Source of the DNA: an uncultured Victivallales bacterium
GTDB lineage: Bacteria > Verrucomicrobiota > Kiritimatiellia > UBA8416
Assembly: GCA_964523995.1 (NCBI GenBank)
Contig: CAZGBW010000001.1
Location: 1-50,482, forward strand
DNA: 50,482 bases
Direction of reading: 5' to 3'
Both the position numbers and the translations under genes were made by a program. Positions 8,696 through 17,382 of this stretch are shown piece after piece (position 1 is the stretch's first letter; every line of letters begins with the position of its first letter). The notes below the pieces were generated by a model. It saw only the letters and a list, made by a program, of their open reading frames with translations, was not told the DNA's origin and made no database searches.

Positions 8696-11289
8696 ACACG
8701 ACCGTCTATCCAGGCAACGCCCGCCAGCCGTTCCACGGCAGGCAGGCAGGACGAGCTCCGCATCCGGCGAGAGCGCGAGCAGCAACCAGCAGGGACACTG
8801 CCGTCCCCCGTGTGCTGTCGTGCATACTGTGCCTGCTGTGGGGCGGGGTCCTCCGCCTGTGGGCGTCCGAGCCCGTGGTTGTCCGCTGCTGGGACCTGCC
8901 CGCTCCGGACAAGCTATCGGTCGCCAACCTGGCCGACCTGGCCGTGTTCGAGGCCTTTCGAAAGGCACACCCCGACATCGTATTCGAGCAGGCAGCAGGC
9001 CTGGAACTGCCGGGACCGGCCGGGACAGCCGGCCTGATCATGTCCATTGCGGGAGGAACAGCGCCCGACGTGATGTATGTCAACTTCCAGCGCACACGTG
9101 ACTTTGTCGAACGTGGTTTCCTTCAGCCGCTGGATGACTACATACGCACGGACATGACGGCGGACGAGGCGCGGGAGCAAGGTGTTTTCGATCCGATGAT
9201 CATGTACAGGGAGGAATGGGAAGAGCGTGTGCTGCCCCAGGCAAGGGAAGTGGTAACGGCCAGGGGGCCAGACGGCGGGACGCATATCTACGCCCTGCCA
9301 TACTCCAACCTGGCCATCTGCCTGCTTTACAACAAGACCCTTTTCCGCAAGGCCGGGCTCGACCCGGAAAAGGACTACCCGAAGACATGGGACGAGCTTT
9401 ACAGCGTGGCGCAGAAGCTAACCGATTCAACGAGGAACCAGTACGGATTCGTGGCGTATACGGGACCAGGCGCCAGTTGGGTTGCTTACACGTTCATGGT
9501 TTCCATGAATACACGCGCGATGCGCCAAGCACCGGACAGCGGGGCGTGGCACGCCACTTTTGATGATGATGGCATGGCCACGGCGGTAGACTTCTACCTC
9601 AAGCTGATGCAGTCCCCCTGGCGAAATCCGGCAAGCGGGAAAACGGAATGCGGCGTGGCCTATTTCGACAAGGATGTGACGGCGAAATGGGACCGGGGTG
9701 AGATCGGCATGCAGTTCGGCTACCTGGCGGATGAGATGTTAATGGGGTTCTCGCTTTCCGGGACCGGCTCCATCAACCCGGACGAGCTGGGCTTCGCACC
9801 GGTTCCGATGAGCCCGATCGGCGTCCAGGCCTCGGAACTGAATTGCCAGATGATGGGACTGTTCGGCGGGACCACCGACAAGCGCACACGCGATGCGGCC
9901 TGGCAATACATTCGTTTCTACAACGGGCCGGAGGCGCGGCGGATCCGTGCGCGGGTCTACGTTGAGAATGGATTCGGCAACATGATCCTTCCGGAAAAGC
10001 TGGCAGCCTATGGTCTCTCGGAGTATGGACGGGCTTTCCCCGAGGCCTGGAGCAAGGCATACCGCATATCCTTCCAGAATGCGGTCCCCGAGCCGTATGG
10101 CCCCGGTTGCCAGCAGATCTATCACTACATGTCGCAACCCTTTGAAAAGGCACGCACCGCCAAAATCGGGGAGATGCCCGAGCGCGAGGAACGGTTGCGG
10201 CTGATCCGAGACCTGAACAAGGAAGCCGTCCGCGAGGCCAACGTCAAGATGATCGGACGGATACCGGACACGGAGATGCACCGTCGCCGGCTGGTCGCAT
10301 CACTGATGGCCACAATGATTCTCGCCGCCTTCGTGGCGCTCTTCGTGCATGTCTGGCGGCTATTTACGCCGGCAGCATGTGAAAGCGAGGTTTTCCAGAC
10401 ATCCACCGCCCGACGCAAATTCCGTATCGCCTACTTCCTGCTCGTCCCGGCGGTACTCGGGATGCTTCTCTTCCACTATGTGCCCCTTTTGCGGGGAACG
10501 GTCATGGCGTTCCAGGAATACAACATCATGAAACCGTCGGTTTTCGTGGGAATCGACAACTTTGCAAATGTCATTTACGACCCATTGTTCTGGCTTTCAA
10601 TGTGGCGTGCGATCCAGTACTCGTTGCTCTTTATCGCCATGGTATTCTTCCCTCCGATCCTCCTGGCCATTCTGCTCAGCGAGATTCCGGCGGGCAAGAC
10701 CTTTTTCCGCGTCGTGTTCTATCTGCCGGCCGTTACCGGGGGCATTGTCACGCTCCTGATGTGGAAGATGTTCTTCGACCCTTCCGCAGGCGGAGTCGCA
10801 AACACGCTGCTTGGCCTGCTTGGCATATCACCGCAGGGGTGGCTGCAGGACAAGTCCCTGGCGATGCTATCGCTGATGATTCCACAGGCCTGGGCGAGCC
10901 TTGGGCCGGGGTGCCTGATCTATCTGGCGGCGCTGAAGACTGTTCCGGATGACCTGTATGAGGCGTCCGCCCTAGACGGAGCCGGCTTTTTCGCCCGCGT
11001 GCGTCACGTCATGATACCCACCATCAGGCCGCTGATCCAAATCCAGTTCATCTTCGCCATGATCGCGTCATTTCAATCGGTGGATTTCGTCCTTGTGATG
11101 ACCGGCGGCGGTCCGGACCACGCGACACACGTGGCTGGAATGGAGATCTTCCTGAAGACGTTTGTCTTCCTGGAGTTCGGAATCGCCACCGCCATGGGCT
11201 GGATCCTGGCATTTGCGCTATTGGGGCTCACCGTACTGCAAATGACGCGGCTATCCCGCGTGACCTTCAAGACCGCCGGAGGGACATAG
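8692..11289 (+). CDS. carbohydrate ABC transporter, extracellular solute-binding domain fused to MalF/UgpA-type permease
   Basis: ATG 8692 overlaps the GH32 stop (ATGA). Signal-anchor, then family-1 SBP hallmarks (GGTAPDVMYVNF, YALPYS..LLYNKTLFRKAGLDP..PKTWDEL). C-terminal 6-TM permease with EAA loop EASALDGAGFFARVRHVMIPTIRP. Confidence 0.85.
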   Translation: MNTTVYPGNARQPFHGRQAGRAPHPARARAATSRDTAVPRVLSCILCLLWGGVLRLWASEPVVVRCWDLPAPDKLSVANLADLAVFEAFRKAHPDIVFEQAAGLELPGPAGTAGLIMSIAGGTAPDVMYVNFQRTRDFVERGFLQPLDDYIRTDMTADEAREQGVFDPMIMYREEWEERVLPQAREVVTARGPDGGTHIYALPYSNLAICLLYNKTLFRKAGLDPEKDYPKTWDELYSVAQKLTDSTRNQYGFVAYTGPGASWVAYTFMVSMNTRAMRQAPDSGAWHATFDDDGMATAVDFYLKLMQSPWRNPASGKTECGVAYFDKDVTAKWDRGEIGMQFGYLADEMLMGFSLSGTGSINPDELGFAPVPMSPIGVQASELNCQMMGLFGGTTDKRTRDAAWQYIRFYNGPEARRIRARVYVENGFGNMILPEKLAAYGLSEYGRAFPEAWSKAYRISFQNAVPEPYGPGCQQIYHYMSQPFEKARTAKIGEMPEREERLRLIRDLNKEAVREANVKMIGRIPDTEMHRRRLVASLMATMILAAFVALFVHVWRLFTPAACESEVFQTSTARRKFRIAYFLLVPAVLGMLLFHYVPLLRGTVMAFQEYNIMKPSVFVGIDNFANVIYDPLFWLSMWRAIQYSLLFIAMVFFPPILLAILLSEIPAGKTFFRVVFYLPAVTGGIVTLLMWKMFFDPSAGGVANTLLGLLGISPQGWLQDKSLAMLSLMIPQAWASLGPGCLIYLAALKTVPDDLYEASALDGAGFFARVRHVMIPTIRPLIQIQFIFAMIASFQSVDFVLVMTGGGPDHATHVAGMEIFLKTFVFLEFGIATAMGWILAFALLGLTVLQMTRLSRVTFKTAGGT

Positions 11290-11291
11290 GC

Positions 11292-13181
11292 ATGCCGGCG
11301 ATATTGAAATCCGAACTGCGGAGCATGAGCACCCGTCTGCTGGTAGTCGCCATGTACGCGATACTCGTGGCGGGCGGCTTGACCATGGTCTATCCATTTC
11401 TGCTCATGGCTTCCGGATCGTTAAAGAGCAATGTGGATGTACAGGACTATGATATCGTGCCGCTGTTCTGGCACGATGACGCCATGCTTTACCGTAAATA
11501 TATCGAGGAGAAGTGCAATGAACGCTTCAATGACTTTGCCGAGAATTATGTGTCCAGCGCGTTCTCATTCGCGGATGTCATGCCGCCGCCTGCCGCGAAC
11601 AGCGTTCTGCTCAAGGATTGGAGCGATTTCACAGGCGAACCTGTCCCGCGCGGTTTTTACCGGCTGGGGGCCTCAATCTCCCGCGACGGGGCCAATGTAC
11701 CGCCCAACCTTCGCGCCTTCCGGCGGCATATCCAGTCGCAGTGCGGCGGGGATGTCCGCGCCCTTCAGGAGCGCTACGGCATAAACACGCCAAACTGGAT
11801 GGTTGTCGCCCCCCCCTATGAACCGCTCACCGATCGCGGCCACAAACCCTCCGAGGAGCCGCTGCATGTCGAATTCTACCGATTCAAGGAGTCGCGCCCT
11901 GCGCATGAGCGCATCTATCTGAACCTGGATCACGCCTTTGCCGCCTTTGTCTCGGTGTTGCCGAAGTACGGTCGTGATGTGGCCGTCTTCAATCGGATGA
12001 ACCATACACGGCTCGCGTCCTTCGAAGAGCTCTCGCTCCCTGAACGCTGCCCGGATGAACCCCACGCGGCATCAGACTGGGAGGCGTATGTCCGCAGCAG
12101 CATGAACCCGCGGTTCATTGCCCTTGACCCCGGAGCACGGACCGGATTTGCCACCTTCCTGGAGCGGCGCTACGTGAGAATGGAACGGCTGAATGCGCTC
12201 TATCTGGAGCCCGGACAGCCACCCTACACCCGATTCGGCGAGGTACCCTTCCCGACGGATACACATGCGCGTCCCGCCAGATTCACGGATATGGCCGATT
12301 TTATCCAGGACACCGGACTGCTGCCCGCCAGGGATATCCGCATCGACACACCGTCGGCACGCTGGCGCCATTTCCTCAAGGATCGCTATGCCGATGCGTC
12401 ACTGGCGGCCAAGGCGCATGGACGCGCGTACAAGTCTTTCGCCGTAATTCCCATGCCTCAGGCGGAAGTCGATTTCGCCTACTGCCGGATGCATGCAGGC
12501 CAGTTGCGCAGGCACTTCTCCGGCAGGAACTTCAAGATGGTCTTCGAGTATATCCTGCTCTATGGCCGAGGCATCCGCAATACCATCCTATACTGCGCAC
12601 TTGCCGTCCTGGCGGCATTGACGGTCAATCCCATGGCTGCTTACGCGCTGTCGCGTTATAAGCTACGAGGCCAGTACAAGATCATTCTCTTCCTGATTGC
12701 GACCATGGCATTCCCTCCAGTGGTGACCATGATCCCGAACTTCCTGCTCATCCGGGAACTAGGGCTGCTGAATACATTCGCCGCCCTGATCCTGCCCGGA
12801 ATGGCAAACGGCTACTCCATCTTTCTACTCAAGGGGTTCTTTGACAGTCTCCCCAGGGAGATGTACGAGGCGGCCGATATTGACGGCGCCTCCGAATGGC
12901 AGAAATTCTGGATCATCGCCATGTCGCTCTCCAAACCCATCCTTGCCGTGATTGCGCTGGGCGCCTTTCTCGGAGCCTATTCCAATTTCATGATGGCCTT
13001 CATCCTCTGCCAGGACCAGCGCATGTGGACCCTGATGGTATGGCTGTTCAAGCTCCAGAGCTTTGCCAGCCAGGGCGTCGTATTTGCCTCCTTGATGGTC
13101 GCCGCCGTGCCGACCCTGATCATGTTCGTGCTCTGCCAGAATCTCATCATCCGAGGGATCGTAGTCCCAACAGAGAAATAA
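11292..13181 (+). CDS. carbohydrate ABC transporter permease (MalG/UgpE-type) with ~380-aa extracytoplasmic insertion after TM1
   Basis: 629 aa, starting 3 nt after the upstream stop. EAA loop YEAADIDGASEWQKFWIIAMSLSKP. One N-terminal TM helix, a long soluble stretch, then 5 TM helices. Confidence 0.85.
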   Translation: MPAILKSELRSMSTRLLVVAMYAILVAGGLTMVYPFLLMASGSLKSNVDVQDYDIVPLFWHDDAMLYRKYIEEKCNERFNDFAENYVSSAFSFADVMPPPAANSVLLKDWSDFTGEPVPRGFYRLGASISRDGANVPPNLRAFRRHIQSQCGGDVRALQERYGINTPNWMVVAPPYEPLTDRGHKPSEEPLHVEFYRFKESRPAHERIYLNLDHAFAAFVSVLPKYGRDVAVFNRMNHTRLASFEELSLPERCPDEPHAASDWEAYVRSSMNPRFIALDPGARTGFATFLERRYVRMERLNALYLEPGQPPYTRFGEVPFPTDTHARPARFTDMADFIQDTGLLPARDIRIDTPSARWRHFLKDRYADASLAAKAHGRAYKSFAVIPMPQAEVDFAYCRMHAGQLRRHFSGRNFKMVFEYILLYGRGIRNTILYCALAVLAALTVNPMAAYALSRYKLRGQYKIILFLIATMAFPPVVTMIPNFLLIRELGLLNTFAALILPGMANGYSIFLLKGFFDSLPREMYEAADIDGASEWQKFWIIAMSLSKPILAVIALGAFLGAYSNFMMAFILCQDQRMWTLMVWLFKLQSFASQGVVFASLMVAAVPTLIMFVLCQNLIIRGIVVPTEK

Positions 13182-13203
13182 ACCTGAATGAGGAACATAC
13201 CCT

Positions 13204-14574
13204 ATGACATCCGACATGACCGTCGACGGGAACACCATGCATCCAACCTTCCATGAGCGGTATCGACCGCAGGTGCATTTCACGGCCGCCGCCAACTGGA
13301 TCAACGACCCGAACGGGCTGATCTACTACAAGGGCGAGTACCACATCTTCTACCAGCTCAACATGAATGCCCGTGAGGCGTGCTGGAACACGGGCGACAA
13401 GCCTAGGTGGGGCCATGCGGTCAGCACGGACCTGCTGCGCTGGCAGCACTTGCCCGTGACCTCGATCCAGTCCGGATCTGGCAGTGCCGTGCTGGATGCC
13501 GGCAACACCGCCGGATTCGGCAAGGGGACTGAAGATGTCTGGGTTGCCTTCTACAGAGGGTGCCTTTCGTTCAGTACCGATTGTGGACTCACATGGACTC
13601 CCTACGGGGGAAACCCTGTCCTGCCCAAGGCGGCGGATCCCTATGTGTTCCGCCATGAGCCGTCCGGCCAGTGGATCATGGTTACCTTTATCCACCCGGA
13701 GGCGCGCCGGGATTTCTGCATCTACCGATCGGACGACCTGCGGAACTGGACGCTCGCCAGCGTCCGCAAGGGGGAGAGCCATGAATGCCCCTGCCTGTTC
13801 GAGCTTCCCGTGGAAGGCTCCGACGAGACGCGCTGGATTCTCCACGGCGGGAATGGCGAGTATCGCGTCGGTCAATTCGATGGCACCGACTTCACTCCCG
13901 AATCGGGCAGGCATCGGATGGATTGGGGTCATTTCTATGCCTCGCAGATATGGACCAACACACAACAGGCATCCGGGCGCACCCTGCAGATCGCATGGAT
14001 GAACGGGGCGAACTTCCCGCCGGAGATGCCATTCAACCAGCAGCTCACGTTTCCCTGCGAGCTGACGCTGCGCCGGCTTCCTGAAGGACTGCGCGTCTGT
14101 CGCACTCCCGTCCGGGAAATCGAGACCCTGCACGAAGCGACACGGCACTGGTCCGCCACCGTCCTGGTGCCGGGTGACAATCCACTGGCCGGCGTCGAGG
14201 GCGATGGATTCGACCTCTTGATCGAGGCTCGCCTGGCCGAAACATCGGAACTTTGGCTCACCCTGCAGGGACTGATCCTGCGCTATATTCCCGCACAGCA
14301 GATCCTCTGCCTGGGTGCGCACGTCGACACCCACGAACCCCTGGCGGTGACGCCCCTGCGGCTGCCGGACGATAGGCTGCGCCTGCGCGTCCTGGTGGAC
14401 AGGGCGTCCATTGAGGTTTTCGCCGATCAAGGGCAGGTGGCGCTGACACAGAACTGCTTCCCCCCCGCGGACAACCGGTCCTTGTCCCTCACGGCCTGCG
14501 GCGGCCCGGTCCATCTCGATCGACTCATCGTTCACACGCTCGCATCCGCGGTAAACATGAACCATGCACGTTAA
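13204..14574 (+). CDS. GH32 glycoside hydrolase (fructan/sucrose beta-fructosidase-like), cytoplasmic
   Basis: YRPQVHFTAAANWINDPNGLIYYKGEYHIFYQ. The ECP acid/base motif is present (ESHECPCLFEL, Glu codon 13783-13785). No signal peptide. Confidence 0.9.
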   Translation: MTSDMTVDGNTMHPTFHERYRPQVHFTAAANWINDPNGLIYYKGEYHIFYQLNMNAREACWNTGDKPRWGHAVSTDLLRWQHLPVTSIQSGSGSAVLDAGNTAGFGKGTEDVWVAFYRGCLSFSTDCGLTWTPYGGNPVLPKAADPYVFRHEPSGQWIMVTFIHPEARRDFCIYRSDDLRNWTLASVRKGESHECPCLFELPVEGSDETRWILHGGNGEYRVGQFDGTDFTPESGRHRMDWGHFYASQIWTNTQQASGRTLQIAWMNGANFPPEMPFNQQLTFPCELTLRRLPEGLRVCRTPVREIETLHEATRHWSATVLVPGDNPLAGVEGDGFDLLIEARLAETSELWLTLQGLILRYIPAQQILCLGAHVDTHEPLAVTPLRLPDDRLRLRVLVDRASIEVFADQGQVALTQNCFPPADNRSLSLTACGGPVHLDRLIVHTLASAVNMNHAR

Positions 14575-14584
14575 GAGGTCTGCC

Positions 14585-16111
14585 ATGCTAGCACTCATCC
14601 CCGAGCCCGTCTCTGTATTGCAGGGCGAAGGAGCGTTTGAGATCAGCGCCACCACGCGACTGGCATTTCCACGGAGCCTGAAGCAGGAGGGAGCGTTCCT
14701 GCAAGACGCCCTTCGCCAGCGACTGGGGCTCCGGCTTGAGGCAGTGTCGTCCGGTTCGATACGCCTTAAGCTGAAACGTATGACCGGCGGGCGAGAAGCC
14801 TATCGACTGACTGTGTCGAAAGATGAAATCCTGGTTTCTGGTAAATCCGCGGCAGGCGTCTTTTTCGGGATCCAGACGCTGTTGCAGATGTTGCCGATCC
14901 GGCCGACGGGGGAAAGGTATGCCGTCGGGGCAGTCGCGATTCGTGACGAGCCGCGTTTCGGCTGGCGAGGACTGATGCTTGATGTGGGTCGCTACTTCTT
15001 CCCGGTCGCCGAGGTCAAGGGATTCCTCGATCTGATGGCCAGCTACAAGCTCAACCGGTTCCACTGGCATCTAACCGAGGACCAAGGGTGGCGGATCGAG
15101 ATCAAGAAGTACCCGAAGCTGACCGAGGTCGGCGCGGTCCGCAGGGAAACCGTGGTCGGGCATGCCGGCGTGACCCCCAACACGTTCGACGGAACGCCCT
15201 ACGCCGGATTCTACACGCAGGACGAGGTGCGCGAGGTCGTGCGGCATGCGGCCGGGCTGCATATCGAGGTTGTCCCGGAAATCGATATTCCGGGTCACTG
15301 CACGGCGGCCATCGCCGCCTATCCACGGCTCGGCAGTGTCAGGGAGCCCCTGGAAGTCAGTACAACGTGGGGCGTACATGAGAAGGGCGTCCTGAACGTG
15401 GAGGAGGATACCTTCCAGTTTGTCCTTGATGTGCTGGACGAGGTGATGGAACTGTTTCCAGGGGAGTTCATCCACATCGGTGCCGACGAAGCACCCAAGA
15501 CGATGTGGAAGCAGGATGAACGGGCCCAGGCCGTGATCCGCCGCGAGGGGCTCCAGGACGAGCACGAACTACAGAGTTACTTCATCCGGCGGGTCGAGAA
15601 ACACCTCAATGCCAAGGGGCGTCGCCTGATCGGATGGGACGAGATCCTGGAAGGTGGCCTGGCACCCAACGCCACCGTGATGTCGTGGCGTGGCGAAGCG
15701 GGGGGGATCGCAGCCGCCAGGCAGGGACATGACGCGGTCATGACGCCCAAGCAATATGTCTATTTCGACTACTACCAGAACGACTGCCGCGAGCGTGAAC
15801 CGTTGGCCATCGGCGGGTACCTTCCCCTGGCCAAGGTGTATTCGTACGAACCGGTTCCTGACGATCTCACCCCCGCGCAGGCAAGACACATACTGGGCGT
15901 GCAAGGTAACCTGTGGACGGAGTACATGCCGACCATGTCCCAGGTTCAGTACATGGCCTTTCCGCGTGCGCTTGCATTGTCCGAAGTCTGCTGGTCCCCC
16001 AGGGACTCGCGGGATTGGAAGTGCTTCATCCCGCGCCTGGCCCCGCACCTTGAACGACTGGATTCGCTGGGCATCAACTATCGTAAACCGGATGGAGGCG
16101 ACTATGAGTAG
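14585..16111 (+). CDS. GH20 beta-N-acetylhexosaminidase, cytoplasmic
   Basis: The ORF opens at 14564. ATG 14585 is preferred because AAGAGG lies 6-7 nt upstream. Motifs RFHWHLTEDQGWRIEIKKYP, EIDIPGH and HIGADEAPKTMW. No signal peptide. Confidence 0.9.
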   Translation: MLALIPEPVSVLQGEGAFEISATTRLAFPRSLKQEGAFLQDALRQRLGLRLEAVSSGSIRLKLKRMTGGREAYRLTVSKDEILVSGKSAAGVFFGIQTLLQMLPIRPTGERYAVGAVAIRDEPRFGWRGLMLDVGRYFFPVAEVKGFLDLMASYKLNRFHWHLTEDQGWRIEIKKYPKLTEVGAVRRETVVGHAGVTPNTFDGTPYAGFYTQDEVREVVRHAAGLHIEVVPEIDIPGHCTAAIAAYPRLGSVREPLEVSTTWGVHEKGVLNVEEDTFQFVLDVLDEVMELFPGEFIHIGADEAPKTMWKQDERAQAVIRREGLQDEHELQSYFIRRVEKHLNAKGRRLIGWDEILEGGLAPNATVMSWRGEAGGIAAARQGHDAVMTPKQYVYFDYYQNDCREREPLAIGGYLPLAKVYSYEPVPDDLTPAQARHILGVQGNLWTEYMPTMSQVQYMAFPRALALSEVCWSPRDSRDWKCFIPRLAPHLERLDSLGINYRKPDGGDYE

Positions 16112-16200
16112 CCTGCACCCCTGGGAAAAAGCCCCACCGGACAGCTCGTCAAGATGAACAGATCGCGCAAACAGGAAATGAGGTAAGGAGAAGCATTATT

Positions 16201-17382
16201 ATGAATGGTAAGGAAAACAGGGTTGTGGGGCTGGGTCTGATCGGGTGCGGAGCCCGCCTGACCGGAGTCATCGAGAACGTACTGAAGGACACGAAGGGTG
16301 TGCGCGTCGTGGCGCTGTGCGACCCGAGCATGATCGCGCTCAAGCAAGCCATGGAGAGGCTCGACTGTCATGGGGCTCGGGTGTACGACCATCATGGCGA
16401 CCTTTCGAGCGACCCGACGGTGGACTGGGTATGCGTCGGCTCGTGGAACTGCTTCCACAAGGAGCACATCCTCGGCGCCATTGCCGCAGGCAAGCATGTA
16501 TTCACCGAGAAACCGCTCGTGACCACGCTTGAGGACGCCGTTACACTCAAGGCAGGCGTCGAAGCGGCGAAGGGACTGTTCTCCATGGGCTTCGTGCTGC
16601 GCTATGCACCGTTCTACCAGCGCATCAAGGAACTGATCGGCGCAGGCGTCCTCGGTCGTCCCCTTTCGTTCGAGTTCAACGAGACACTCGGCTTCAACCA
16701 TGGCGGCTTCATCATGCAGGACTGGCGCCGCCGGCGCGAATACGCCGGGACGCACCTGCTCGAGAAATGCTGTCACGACGTGGATCTCATGAACTGGCTG
16801 ATCGACAGCGTGCCGGTACGTGCCGCCAGCTTCGGTGGACTCAATTTCTTCAAACCCGAGAATGCCCACCATGTGGAACGTATCGGCAAGGACAAGGAAG
16901 GTCGGGACGCCTACAGCACCTGGCAGTACTTCGGCATCTACACGCGCGAGCACAAGCTGAACCCGTTTACAGCGGAGAAGGACATTATCGACAACCAAGT
17001 CGCGATCCTCGAGTACGCCAACAACGTGCGAGCCACGTTCCACACCGATCTGAACTCGGCCATCGGCGAGCGGCGTTTCTATGCTTGCGGCACGGAAGGC
17101 ACGATTCGTGGCGATGTCGCAACCGGCAAGATCGAATGGCGGCGGATCGGGTTCGATACCGAACTGCACACGGAGCAGAGCGTCGGTGGCGGGCATGGCG
17201 GCGCCGATGGCATCCTCGCCGACGCCCTGCGTGATTCCATCCTGAATGGCACGCCGCCGTTGGTCGGTTTCGAGGACGGCCTGAAGTCGTCCGTGGCCTG
17301 CTTCGGCATGGATGCCGCGCTGGATAGTGGCACGGTGGTTGACCTCCGCCCGATGTGGGCGCAGGTGGGAATCGAGCCATGA
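16201..17382 (+). CDS. Gfo/Idh/MocA family NAD(P)-dependent oxidoreductase
   Basis: AAGGAGA RBS. N-terminal Rossmann segment VGLGLIGCGARL and the EKPL motif (FTEKPLVTTLEDA) typical of the family. Confidence 0.9.
   Translation: MNGKENRVVGLGLIGCGARLTGVIENVLKDTKGVRVVALCDPSMIALKQAMERLDCHGARVYDHHGDLSSDPTVDWVCVGSWNCFHKEHILGAIAAGKHVFTEKPLVTTLEDAVTLKAGVEAAKGLFSMGFVLRYAPFYQRIKELIGAGVLGRPLSFEFNETLGFNHGGFIMQDWRRRREYAGTHLLEKCCHDVDLMNWLIDSVPVRAASFGGLNFFKPENAHHVERIGKDKEGRDAYSTWQYFGIYTREHKLNPFTAEKDIIDNQVAILEYANNVRATFHTDLNSAIGERRFYACGTEGTIRGDVATGKIEWRRIGFDTELHTEQSVGGGHGGADGILADALRDSILNGTPPLVGFEDGLKSSVACFGMDAALDSGTVVDLRPMWAQVGIEP

Noticed and set aside
13147-14655. 502-aa minus-strand ORF overlapping the second GH32 gene
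   Set aside because: The plus strand carries the WINDPNG and ECP GH32 signatures. The minus-strand product is featureless and Arg/Gly-rich.
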